In this document: positions 25,318-37,411 of the stretch, piece by piece
Numbering within the stretch: the first letter of the stretch is position 1
How the letters are laid out: every line of letters begins with the position of its first letter
Notes under the pieces: generated by a model
Database searches by the model: none
Told to the model about the DNA's origin: nothing
Seen by the model: only the letters and a program-made list of their open reading frames with translations
Origin: Malacoraja senta
Taxonomy: Eukaryota
NCBI GenBank assembly: GCA_038087875.1
Contig: CM075987.1
Coordinates: 21,206,001-21,266,000, forward strand
Reading direction: 5' to 3'
Length of the DNA: 60,000 bases
Made by a program: the position numbers and the translations under genes

Positions 25318-26414
25318 AATCAGTAAAGGTTGATGGGTTTTTTAAGTAAAATTATGTTTGAGTAATTTATTGGAGCTCTTTGAAGTAATACTATCTACTG
25401 TGAATAAAGAGGAACCAGTATATGTACTTTCCGCCATTTGGCACTTGATAATTTATCGTATCAAAGGTTATTATGGATAATGATAGCTTCTGGTATAGAA
25501 CATAGTATGTTGGCAAGGATAAATTATTTTCTTGCTAATAAGTCAGGATAAATGTATCTTTTTTGGGTTGGCAAGATGTAATGACTGGTGTGGCACAAGG
25601 ATCAGATGTTGGGACTCAAGTTTTGCCATCTTTATGAATAACTGAGATGAAGCAGCCAAAAGCACCGTTCATAAAGGTAGATTTGGGGTTACATTGGATT
25701 GGCCGTTATCTTATTACATGATGGAGTAGATGCGAGGAAGCCAAATGGTCCAAGCTAGTTCATATGTTTATACTTTATTAATTACCAGATGCAGTTCGGG
25801 GCAATTGTGGAGAAATTAAAAAAAAAATCATGTAATTCAAAGGTTTGGGAACATTGTTTAAAGTTAAAGGTATCAAAGGAGACACGAGAAATATTTATAA
25901 AATGTGTTTTTAATTAAAATTAAGTGCTAAAAGTATTCAGCAGGGCAGGAGAAAAAGCATTCAAGGTTTCATGCTGACTGCTCTTCATCAGAACAATATA
26001 TTGTCATGGTTTTAATAGTTGGATAATAAATAATAGACATGTTGTTCGATCAGCTTGTGTTTTCCTGTCTTCTCATTTTGAATACTCAAGACAAAGTAAC
26101 AAACCCTCTGCAAGATTTTTATTTGAAAATAACTGATAAGGACTGTGGAATTTTGTTCTAAAATCACAGCCAACAAACCAGTGGGGGGTGTGGACAGTTC
26201 AGTTGAAAACTTTGCATTGTTGCAATTTCTTCAACACCCAAAATACCATTTTATAACAAAGTTGGGAAATGTGAATTCAATTGGAAAGAATATTCAAATA
26301 CCTTTATGCATTTTTTGAATTAAACTCTGTTGAGAAAACTTGTTGTAGTTGCACATAGTCTAGACTCTTAGTTACAGATAAAAAATGAATGCGCTGTGTC
26401 CCTTTGCCCCAAAG

Positions 26415-26592
26415 GTGTATGTACTCGGGAGCCTCCATTTTACATCATCACGGAATTCATGACTCATGGAAACCTCCTTGATTACCTCCGTGATTGTAAC
26501 AAAGAGGAGGTGAATGCGGTTGTGCTGCTATATATGGCAACTCAGATATCCTCTGCAATGGAGTATTTGGAGAAGAAAAATTTCATTCACAG
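26415..26592 (+). CDS. ABL1: ABL1 coding exon (exon 6 equivalent), hinge and gatekeeper
   Basis: caaag|GT GTA...CAC AG|gtatgt; 178 nt; [24 protein letters not shown]...KKNFIHR; phases match neighbouring exons. Confidence 0.98.
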
Positions 26593-27739
26593 GTATGTCA
26601 TCCTTGCATCGTAGAAGTTTACATTCTTAACTTCATATTTTGTGATTCACTCCTGCAAACTTTCACACTTAAGCTTAATTTTAAAGACCAATTATTTGCA
26701 GAATGGAGCACAGCATTGAGATCGTGCCTTGAACAACAACTAATTTGAAATGTGAAGTGAGTGTTGACACCACTATTATAATTTAGGTGGAGGCACAGTG
26801 TGCCAAGTATGGCAAGAATCATTGATTCCGATTTGCATAAAATAAACTATGATGATAACAAATTTAAATGCTGTAAATCTGAAATAAAACAAGCATCTGT
26901 GGAGAGAGCAAGCGTTAACATTGCATGTCCGAGAGACACAGGTGCTGCTTGACCTGCTGAGATTTTCCAGCATTTTTTGTACTTGGATGATGCATTGTGA
27001 GCTTCAAAGAACATTCAGTTGAGGCACATTCCTTTGAGTGCCGAAAAAAGAACAAACAAATTCAGAGTTGTGTGGATGCCCAAAAATTAAAAGCAGCTGC
27101 TTGTGGCAAGCATCAGGTTGTAAATATCAGTGAGAACCTAAGCTGATTACATTTGAATCAGAGGAGAAGTGACAATTAAAATGGGAGGCAAAGAGAACGT
27201 ATGAGAAAAGATTGGCTGGCAACATAAATGGGAATCCAAAAGTATTTGCTAAACACATAAATAGTAAAATGGTGATAGTGCAATAGTGAAGGAATATATA
27301 GTTCAGACAGTCGACATTAATATTTGGTAGAATGGCAGTAAGAGGAAAACTGGTTGAACTAGTGAAGTCATTGGGAATGAATGGGATGCACTCAGATTTT
27401 GAGGGAAATATTGGTGGGAAATTGCCAGGTCATTTACCTTAATCAATGTTCTTTGAATATGAGCCTGTTAGCTCTAGAAAAAAAAGCTGAGGGAGATTTG
27501 ATAGAAGAATATAAATGTGGATAGATGTGAAAATGAGGATTCTGGGCAGAGTAGATGGTGTGAGGTTATTCCCCTTGATAGAGAGATTAGACCACAGCTC
27601 ACAGGTACAAATACTAGGAAAGAGAATTATTAAGAAAGACGTCAGAACATTTTCAATGTATTGCCTGCAGTTGCACTGTGATCTTCAGTAGGAAATGAAT
27701 AAATACAAAGAGAAAAAAAAATGTAGATCTAATTGAGCA

Positions 27740-28740
27740 TTTGTTCACCTGTCCAGCCATTCCAGGATCAGTCTAATAAATCTTTGTTGCATTCCCTTCC
27801 TGACAAAAACATCCTCAGATAGAGGCCAAAACTGCATACAAAACCCTAGATGGGAACTTACCCTGTCTCTGCACAGAAACAGCAAGATGCCTCTGCAAGA
27901 ATAATTACACTTCTGAGTAGAAGAGTAATGAAGGCCAACATGCCATCTGCCTTCCTAACTGCTTGCAGCACCAGTGATTGATTTCAGTGACTGACCCATG
28001 CAAAGGCTCCCAATCTTATCGCACCACCTCTTTTCCCAATCTGTCACCATTTGGATAATCTGCTTTTCTGTATTTGAATCAAAGTGGATGTACTCATTTA
28101 TCTTTGTTGTATTAAATCTGCCTTTCAATTAACCATTCACCCAACTTACATAAATCATGTTGAAACCTCTCTGCTTCCTCCTCTTGATGCTCAATCCTTC
28201 TCTCCCCATCCAGGTTTTGTATCCTGTGCAAACTTGGAAATGTTACATTTAGTTCCCTGATCCAAGCTATTGATAAGAGGCTTTTCGATAGATGCCTGGA
28301 TATGGAGGGATATGGATCATGTGAAGGCAGATGAGATTGGTTTATCTTGGCATCATTTTTGGCACAGATATTGTGGGCCGAAGGGCCTGTTCTTGTGCTG
28401 TACTGTTTTATGATACATATTCTGAATAGCAGGGACCCTAAACACTGATCTCTGCAGCATCCACGAGCCACTGCCTGTAACTTGTTCATTCCCACTTCCT
28501 CCGTATGCGTCAACTAATTCTCAATCCATGTCATAATATTATTCCCAATCCAGTGAGCCTTAATTCTGCGCACACATCTTTTGTAACAAAAGCCTTGTGC
28601 AAGTCCATATGCACAACCTCTGGCGCTCCTTTATCTCTTTTGCATGTTACATCACCACAAAAAACTAGTACATTTGTTAGGCATGATTTCCCTTTCATAA
28701 ATTCATGCTGAAATATGAGAAAGATTATTTTCCGAGCAGA
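27740..28740 (-). mobile_element. Old degenerate CR1 fragment with an inserted CR1/SINE tail at ~28275-28410
   Basis: HEFMKGKSCLTN...MDLHKAF and QHDLCKLGEW remnants; boundaries approximate. Confidence 0.65.
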
Positions 28741-29169
28741 TAAACAATTAATCATAAAATGACTATTGTGTGGTATTTATTATTTATGATGATTGGATTT
28801 TGATTTCATTTCTACAGTTCTATTTAATTTCTATGTAGGTGTTGGAATTATAATGTTAATGCAGGCATCCATGTGTCAAAAGTGTTTGACTATCTGTCTT
28901 TTGCTCTGTAGAATGTTTGACCTTTTTATACACTCACTAATGCACAATCTTTGCATCCTTCACAGATAAATGTTGGTTCTTGACAGACTTTGTTTCATAT
29001 TGTTTAATTTGTGCCTGGAATTCTAATTATTCCATGAAACTTAATTGTTCTTTTGAAATTTCATCTAATAGTAATTGTTTCTTGGAAACATGTTTTCCTG
29101 GAAGTTTAACTATTCCTTGCCTGTTTTTGGCGATCTCATTATTCCTTGTACTGTTTTCACTGATTCTAA

Positions 29170-29418
<249 letters not shown>

Positions 29419-29922
29419 TAATAAATGTTGGTTTAGGAAAGATTCTATTAGAAAAATGCTATTTTGAGCCACCTGCTTTATTTCCCTGCCATTGACCATA
29501 TTTACGTTGAGTTTTCTAACATTGACTTCTGAATTGATTTTAAATTTCACCATTAACAAGAAGTTAGTAGCTTTGTGTGTTTGTCAGTTAACCTTTAAAA
29601 GACACTTGGACAGGTAGTAAATGGATGGGAAAGGTTTGGTGGGATCTGGGCCAGAGCAGCCAAGTCAGCCGTGTTCGGTTAGGTAACTTGGTCGGCATGA
29701 ACACGTTGGCCAAAGGTCCTGTCTCTCTGCTGTTTGGCTCGATGATATTTCCCTCCTGTTTCCACATAGCCAACCCCCCCTGAATACCATCTTTAATCAT
29801 TATTGATTTGGGAAAAATAATGAGGAAAAATAATGAGGAATTATCTTTCTCTTATTTTCATTGTAAGTAGTTTTGAGTGTAATTTGTCAGGCTGCCATTA
29901 TTCAGTGAGGATTTTCCAATGA

Positions 29923-30207
<285 letters not shown>

Positions 30208-31394
30208 TAGGAATTAATTCATTTAGACTCTGTATAATACACCAGCTCCTGACAAACATTGGAGAAAGAGGGGGAACAAGTTGTAATGAGTACTGATGTT
30301 TCAGTCACTTAATCAAATGGGTTGCTGTTTAATTGTCATATGTACCACCAATGGAACAGTGATATTTGTGCCGTATAACAGGCCTATAATACGCACAGAT
30401 AATACATAATAAACCAAAACAAACATAAAATAAATAAATTATTAAATTCGCCGAATAGATACATTAATTCGGCCGTGTCTTAATTAGCAACACATTTGAT
30501 TCTAAATCAATCGCTAGACAATCCAAGTGTCAATTTAGAGCACAATAACCAAGGTTGGAGACCCGTTCTGTACTCTGGGACATGCCTTCTTTGACATGGG
30601 GTAAAGCTCTGCCTATCCTCTTAAGATGGAAAAGATCCAAGGGATTAGTGCGTCTGAGAGAGCCTAACCAATATTTATTCTTTAATCAGCAGTTAAACAT
30701 TGATTTGCTGTACATAAAGTTGCTGCTACTTTTCCTATGCTTCAGAAGTAATTATTGACAGAGCTATTGCAAACTCATCTTTGCGTTACAGTATCCAAAA
30801 ATATAATCACTATTGGACAATTTTTTTAGAATTAATTTTTTTTTAATATGTTGCCAGATTATTTCCCTGGTTAGTCATGATCTATAGAATGTAGTTCGGT
30901 ATATCAATGGGTAAATCGCCTGTGGTGTTATGAAAATCTTGCAGGACAATAGGCAGCTGCCTGGGCCCTGGTGACCATGCTAAATTGTTGGAAAAAGAAG
31001 TAGTGATTTGGATGAATAAAAGATAATTTGAAAGATTTATTTTCTAAAATACTTGATGCAGACTTGTGTAATTCACTGGAGCTCATGGCCTGTAACTCCA
31101 TCGTAACTGATGGGACATAACTGAACAGGAACTGTTGACATAAGAATCTGCAAAGTTGATAATAAAGGATGTCCACATCACAGCAACTGAAACTCTGCTC
31201 TCAATTACAGATTTTAATACTATGTAGATAAATGAATGTGTATCGTGCTTTAAATGGACCACTTCATTGAGAATATGCACCTTATTTGGCTCAAAAGGCC
31301 CATGACAGTATATTCCATTCACCCGCTGCACCTTCCCCATACTTTTGCCTTGCAAGAAATACCTTGCCTTCTCTTAAATGTGTCTCTGCACTTC

Positions 31395-33480
31395 AATGAC
31401 TTGGAGGCCTGAGCAATAGGAAGAGACTGGGCAGATGAATACAGGAGGCTGAAAGATGAATTTATAAAGGTGTAAAAAATCCATAAGGGGAATAGATAGG
31501 GTGAGTGCAGAGTCTTTATTCCAGGCAGAGGAATGCAGAACTACATGGAATAGTTTTAAGATGAGAAGGGAAAGATTTAATAGGAATCTGAGGGGCAATC
31601 TTTTCCCACAGAGGGTGGTGGATACAGTACCCTCCACAATGTTTAGGACAAAGACCCATCATTTATTTATTTGCCTCTGTACTCCACAATTTAAGATTTG
31701 TAATAGAAAAAATCACGTGGTTAAAGGGCACATTGTCAGATTTTATTAAAGGCCATTTTTATACATTTTGGTTCCACCACATATAAATTGCAGCTGTGTT
31801 TATACATAGTCCCCCCCCCATTTCAGGGCACCATAATGTTTAGGACACATGGCTTCACAGGCGTTTGTAATTGCTCAGGTGTGTTTAATTGCCTCCTTAA
31901 TGCAGGTATAAAAGAGCTCTCAAGCACCTAGTCTTTTCTCCAGTCATTCCATCACCTTTGGAAACTTTTATTGATGTTTATCAACATGAGGACCAAAGTT
32001 GTGCCAATGAAAGTCAAATAAGCCATTATGAGACTGAGAATCAAGAATAAAACTGTTAGAGACATCAGCCAAACCCGAGGCTTACCAAAATCAACTGTTT
32101 GGAACATCATTAAGAAGAAATAGAGCACTGGTGAGCTTACTAATCGCAAAGGGACTGGCAGGCCAAGGAAGACCTCCACAGCTGATGACAGAAGGATTCT
32201 CTCTATAATATAGAAAAATCACCAAACACCTGTCTGACAGATCAGAAATACTCTTCAGTCAGGTGTGGATTTGTCAATGACCACTGTCCGCAGAAAACTT
32301 CATGAACAGAAATACAGAGGCTACACTGCAAGATGCAAACCACTGGTTAGCCGCAAAAATAGGATAGCCAGGTTACAGTTTGCCAAGAAGTACTTGAAAG
32401 AGCAATCACAGTTCTGGAAAAAGGTCTTGTGGACAGATGAGATGAAGATTAACATAGAGTGATGGCAAGAGCAAAGTATGGAGGAGAGAAGGAACTGCCC
32501 AAGATCCAAAGCATACCACCTCATCTGTGAAATACGGTGGTGGGGGTGTTATGGCCTGGGCAAGTATGGCTGCTGAAGGAACTGGCTCACTTATCTTCAT
32601 TGATGATACAACTGCTGATGTTAGTAGCATAATGATTTCTGAAGTGTATAGACACATCCTATCTGCTCAAGTTCAAACAAATGCCTAAAAACTCATTGAC
32701 CGGCGGTTCATTCTACAGCAAGACAATGTTCCCAAACATACTGCTAAAGTAACAAAGGAGTTTTTCAAAGCTAAAAAATGGTCAATTCCTGAGTGGCCAA
32801 GTCAATCACCCGATCTGAACCCAATTGAGCATGCCTTTTATATGCTGAAGAGAAAACTGAAGGGGACTAGCCCACAAAACAAGCATAAGCTAACGATGGC
32901 TGCAATACAGGCCTGGCAGAGCATCACCAGAGAAGACACCCAGCAACTGGCGATGTCCATGAATCGCAGACTTCAAGCAGTCATTGCATGCAAAGGATAT
33001 GCAACAAAATACTAAACATGACTACTTTCATTTACATGACATTGCTGTGTCCCAAACATTATGGTGCGCTGAAATGGGGCATACTATGTATAAACACTGC
33101 TGTAATTTCTACATAGTGAAACCAAAATGTATAAAAATGGCCTTTATTAAAATCTGTCAATGTGCACTTTAACCACATGTGATTTTTTTTTAAATTACAA
33201 ATCTCGAATTGTGGAGCACAGAAGCAAATAAATAAATGATAGGTCTTTCTTTGTCCCAAACATTATGGAGGACACTGTGTATGGACGTGCTGCTAAAGGA
33301 AGTATTTGAGGCAGAAATACAATAACATTTAAAAGACATTTGGACAGGGCTAAGGAGGGGAAAGGTTTAGAGGGATATGAGCCAAACGCAGATAACGGGG
33401 ACTAGTTTAGATGGGGCATCTCGGTTGGCATGGACGAGTAGTGACAAACAACTTATTTTCAGCTGTAAGACACTACAGGA
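31395..33480 (+). mobile_element. CR1 3' fragment interrupted by a Tc1 insertion
   Basis: RFNRNLRGNLFPQRVV before 31625 continues as tatggacgtgctgc after 33277. Confidence 0.7.
31625..33277 (+). mobile_element. Full-length but inactivated Tc1-family (IR/DR type, DD34E) transposon
   Basis: TA|CAGT...CACTG; ~220-bp inverted repeats with inner direct repeats (31822-31848 and 33047-33079); transposase pseudogene 31986-33016 with GRPRKT, WTDE, QDN-x34-E (DLNPIE) and several stops. Confidence 0.95.
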
Positions 33481-33936
33481 GTGATGGGAAGCTCTGCAAT
33501 CACACTCTGCAGCATAAATTACTCATTGCCCTCATTGCCTTTTCGAAACAGCCATAACCCTGCAAATTAATACTCTTCAAGCACATTTCACGGACTGTTA
33601 AAAGTTGTTGTGGAATCACTATCCTTTATTGCATTCGAGATCTTAATATGCCCTCGTTGTGAAGAAGTTTGTCAATTTCCCTCGACTGCTACTATTGAAA
33701 ATCTGTAACCTCCTGTTACTCACCCCTTCACATAACTGAATTCCCTCATCCCTAATTCTGGTGTGAGAAAAGTGTGATCACACCTCGGGTAAAGGTGCTC
33801 ACTGAAACTGCCACTGTTTTATTAAATCACAAAGGCTTGGCTATTGAGAATTAGAATAGACAGCCAAGTATCAAAGTGGAGATTTGCTTTCCGTCAGCAG
33901 TTCTTGACCTGACATAGGTTAGCAATCTTTTCTGTC

Positions 33937-34050
33937 AGAGGTTCTGATGAAGGATCTTCAACCTGAAACATTAACTCTCCACAGGTACTACCTGACCTGT
34001 TGACTGTTTCCAGCATTTTTGTTATATTTCAGATTTCTAGCATCTGGAGT
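33937..34050 (+). mobile_element. Penelope-type terminal-repeat fragment with hammerhead-like motif
   Basis: agaggtt-CTGATGA-aggatcttcaacct-GAAA-catt-aactct. Confidence 0.55.
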
Positions 34051-34148
34051 TTATGAAATTAATGCTAGTAAATCAGTGGGCATGCTGTTGGATGGAAATA
34101 TTTTTTTCTTTTTTAACGAACTTATAACTGTGATACTTGTACTTCTAG

Positions 34149-34238
34149 GTTGGAAGTGGAACCCTGGAGATCGACCATCATTTGCAGATGTCCATCGAGC
34201 ATTCGATACCATGTTTCAGGAGTCCAGCATTTCGGAAG
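34149..34238 (+). CDS. ABL1: ABL1 coding exon (exon 9 equivalent), kinase C-lobe and alphaI
   Basis: ttctag|GT TGG...GAA G|gtgagt; 90 nt; [29 protein letters not shown]. Confidence 0.97.
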
Positions 34239-35283
34239 GTGAGTGTTGGTTGTGCAGTACATACTGGGGCTCTTTGGCTGGCCCTGTATAAGCTATCGTG
34301 TCCTGAACTGCAAACAATACCCCCAGTTTTAAAGATGGATAAAATCCATATTTATCTATATTCATTTGCACTATATCTATTCATTTGCTGTAATAAATCA
34401 TGTCTTTGGAACCAGGTCGGTATTTTTTGAGAGACAATGAACCGCAGGTGATGGAATCTTGAACAAAACAGTGCTGCAGGAACTCAGCGAGTCAGGTAGC
34501 ATCTGTGAAGGGAAAGGATAGGCGACATTTCACGTCAGGATGGTTCTTCAGAACTTTGAGTTAGCAAGGAAGTGCATGGGTTTTCACCAGAAGCCTCCAA
34601 GCCTGCAGCCAATACTTGCAGGGACTCTGCCCGGTATTTGCGTGGATGACCTGAGAGTTTGCCAGTATTTGCTGCACTAAACTTTTGTGGCTAATGAGCT
34701 GACTTCGTCATTGTAAGTTCAATTTTGTAGATGAAATGTGGCCTGTAGGTCAAACGTCAGCCTGTAGGTCAAATGTTAAAGCACTAAATATCTTCCACTG
34801 TCCTAATTAATCTGTGGTAAATGTCTGGATGGATACTGGTCGAAACAGTGAGCTGATTGCTGATCATATGGATATAGCCACCCAACTGGCAACTGCACCT
34901 ATTGTCAACTGGCAATAGACAATAGGTGCAGGAGTAGGCCATTCGGCCCTTCGAGCCAGCCATTTAATGTGATCATGGCTGATCATCCCCAATCAGTACC
35001 CCGTTCCTGCCTTCTCCCCATATCCCCTGACTCCGCTATTTTTAAGAGCCCTATCTAGCTCTCTCTTGAAAGCATCCAGACAACCTGCCTCCACTGCCCT
35101 CTGAGGCAGTGAATTCCACAGACTCACAACTCTCTGTGAGAAAAAGTGTTTCCTCGTCTCCGTTCTAAATGGCTTACTCCTTATTCTTAAGTTGTGGTCC
35201 CTGGTTCTGGACTCCCCCAACATCGGGAACATGTTTCCTGCCTCTAGCGTGTCCAAACCCTTAACAATCTTATATGTTTCAAT

Positions 35284-35421
35284 CTTCTTCTTGCATATGG
35301 TGTGCACAGCCTAAAGTTGTAGGACAACTTGTTCTATTTGATCTTATTTGATTGTGCACGCCGGGTTGATTGCATTCGTCGAAACAGGGCGGACCACGTG
35401 AAGTTTGCAATCTTCCACCCC
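35284..35421 (-). mobile_element. 138-bp SINE-like element with a 5' HDV-like ribozyme and (AAG)n tail
   Basis: Perfect 12-bp TSD atatgtttcaat (35272-35283 and 35422-35433); starts GGGGTGG, ends gcaagaagaag. Confidence 0.85.
35368..35421 (-). ncRNA. Minimal HDV-like self-cleaving ribozyme fold (54 nt; one P3 mismatch in this copy)
   Basis: P1 GGGGTGG/CCGCCCT with G1-U wobble; P2 GATTGCA/TGCAATC; P3 AAC/GGT; L3 TTCACGT; short P4 around TTCG; J4/2 CGAA. Confidence 0.75.
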
Positions 35422-36232
35422 ATATGTTTCAATGAGGTCCCCTCTCATCCTTCTGAACTCCAGAGTGTACAAGCCCAGCCGCTCCATTCTCTCAGCATAT
35501 GACAGTCCCGCCATCCCGGGAATTATCCTTGTAAACCTACGCTGCACTCCCTCAATAGCAAGAATGTCCTTCCTCAAATTAGGGGACCAAAACTGCACAC
35601 AATACTCCAGGTGTGGTCTCACTAGGGCTCTGTACAACTGCAGAAGGACCTCGTTGCTCCTATATTCGACTCCTCTTGTTATAAAGGCCAACATGCCATT
35701 CGCTTTCTTCACTGCCTGCTGTACCTGCATGCTTACTTTCATAGACTGATGAACAAGGACCCCCAGATCCCGTTGTACTTCCCCTTTTCCCAACTTGACG
35801 CCATTTAGATAGTAATCTGCCTTCCTGTTTTTGCTACCAAAGTGGATAATCTCACATTTATCCGCATTAAACTGCCTGACAAGCTTCCACTGCATGTCAC
35901 CATCATTGGGCTTTTCCAAATAATTGTAAGTCTACAGGCTTGGGGAAGATTGAGTTTGCAATTTCTTTATGACTAAACACATTCACACAGTATTGGACAT
36001 ATGTTGACTTGGAGCTGAGGGTGGCTCAGTGCCGTGCAGAGTGGACCAGAGTGCGATTCTTTCCAACAGTCCGATCCGATAATAAAACAATTGCAGGTCA
36101 TGCCAGGTTCAGGTTGAGTGTTAATCTTGTACCCAACCTATCCTCTATCCTCCTTCATTCGTATTCTGAATTCTTCGCTTGAAACAGTGTTGACCAGCAA
36201 TATAACGGTAATCTTTGTCATGTGCTTTGCAG

Positions 36233-36403
36233 AGGTTGAAAAGGAGCTAGGGAAGAAAGGAGGGAAATGCTGCGGCAGTAGTAAGCCACAAGCTCCAGAA
36301 TTGCCGACAAAAACGCGTACCCTTCGCAGAACCACTGAGAACAAAGAACCAAGCGAGATCCAGGAGACGACCCATTCGATATTTAAAGCCACAAGTGAAT
36401 TTG
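36233..36403 (+). CDS. ABL1: ABL1 coding exon (exon 10 equivalent)
   Basis: ttgcag|AG GTT...TTT G|gtatgt; 171 nt; EVEKELGKKG...QAPELPTKTRT; phase 1 at both ends fits exons 9 and 11. Confidence 0.93.
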
Positions 36404-37411
36404 GTATGTTTCACATTGCACGAGGTGGGAGTAAGAAAGCAGGAAGTGGCGTGGAGGTTTGGAAGGTTGTTCATTGTAGGTGACCCCCCACATAATAGCA
36501 TTTGTGTAACAGAAATCCCCCCCATGTGATTCACAAATCATTCCAAAAATCATTCCATGAAATTTATGTAGGGAGATAAATCTAAATAAATACAAATATT
36601 TTTCGACTCCCATTTTGTGATGTGCAGATGGTGTGGCTTTGTGTGTTTGCAAGAACACAACTGCTTATAAGGTGGGAGTCACCAACATGAGGAGCAATTC
36701 ATTGCTGTGGGCCAACATGAATTTGTAGCTGAACTGAGTGGATTTGGATTTGTTTCAGAGCAGGCTCTTCAGAATAATCATGAGTCAGATTTGCAAACAA
36801 ATTTCCCTCTTCACCAACAACCTTCCCCTACCCCTACCGCACATACAGCGACCATAACGCATTATCCCTTTGCAGCGGTGATGCAACCAAGCCTTTAACA
36901 GACTTGTCCTTGCATTCTTTCAATTCTGTGGCATCTCAACTCCAACACAAACATGCATTCTCAGACCCCAACCCAAGTACGTGTATGCTCATTGCACAAA
37001 CCAGGCCCTCCCTCTTTCCCTGCCTCCACTAATGTCCCAACCACATGCCTGCATCTTCATCAACAGCACTGACTTGCCACCCCACCACAGACCTCCACCC
37101 CCAGACATGCCCAACACTATTATTAAAACTTATTATTAAGCCTGCTTTCCCAGTCACAGTGTAAGGAGCAGAATTAGGCCATTTGGTCCATTGAGTCTGC
37201 TCTGCCATTCGATCATGACTGATCTATTCTTCCCTCTTAACCCCATTCTCTTGCATTCTCACCATAACCTTTGACGTCTTCATAGCACTGAAGGCAATCT
37301 GATCCAGGCGATAATTTGTTGGAACAATTGGAATAGCACTTGCTGGTCCAGAGAGTTGAGATCTTGTGATGTGTTAGAAGTACACGTACTTATGTTTGCC
37401 TCTGCCTCCAG

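Larger units (their letters stand above)
34915..35875 (-). mobile_element. Young CR1 3' fragment interrupted by a 138-bp insert
   Basis: ORFs 35344-35919 and 34993-35307 join through duplicated IETY; C-terminus YGEKAGTGY. Confidence 0.92.

Noticed and set aside
34739..34780. Short tandem duplications (also about 407-430, 8268-8297, 29812-29840, 50371-50410)
   Set aside because: Ordinary slippage duplications with no further structure.
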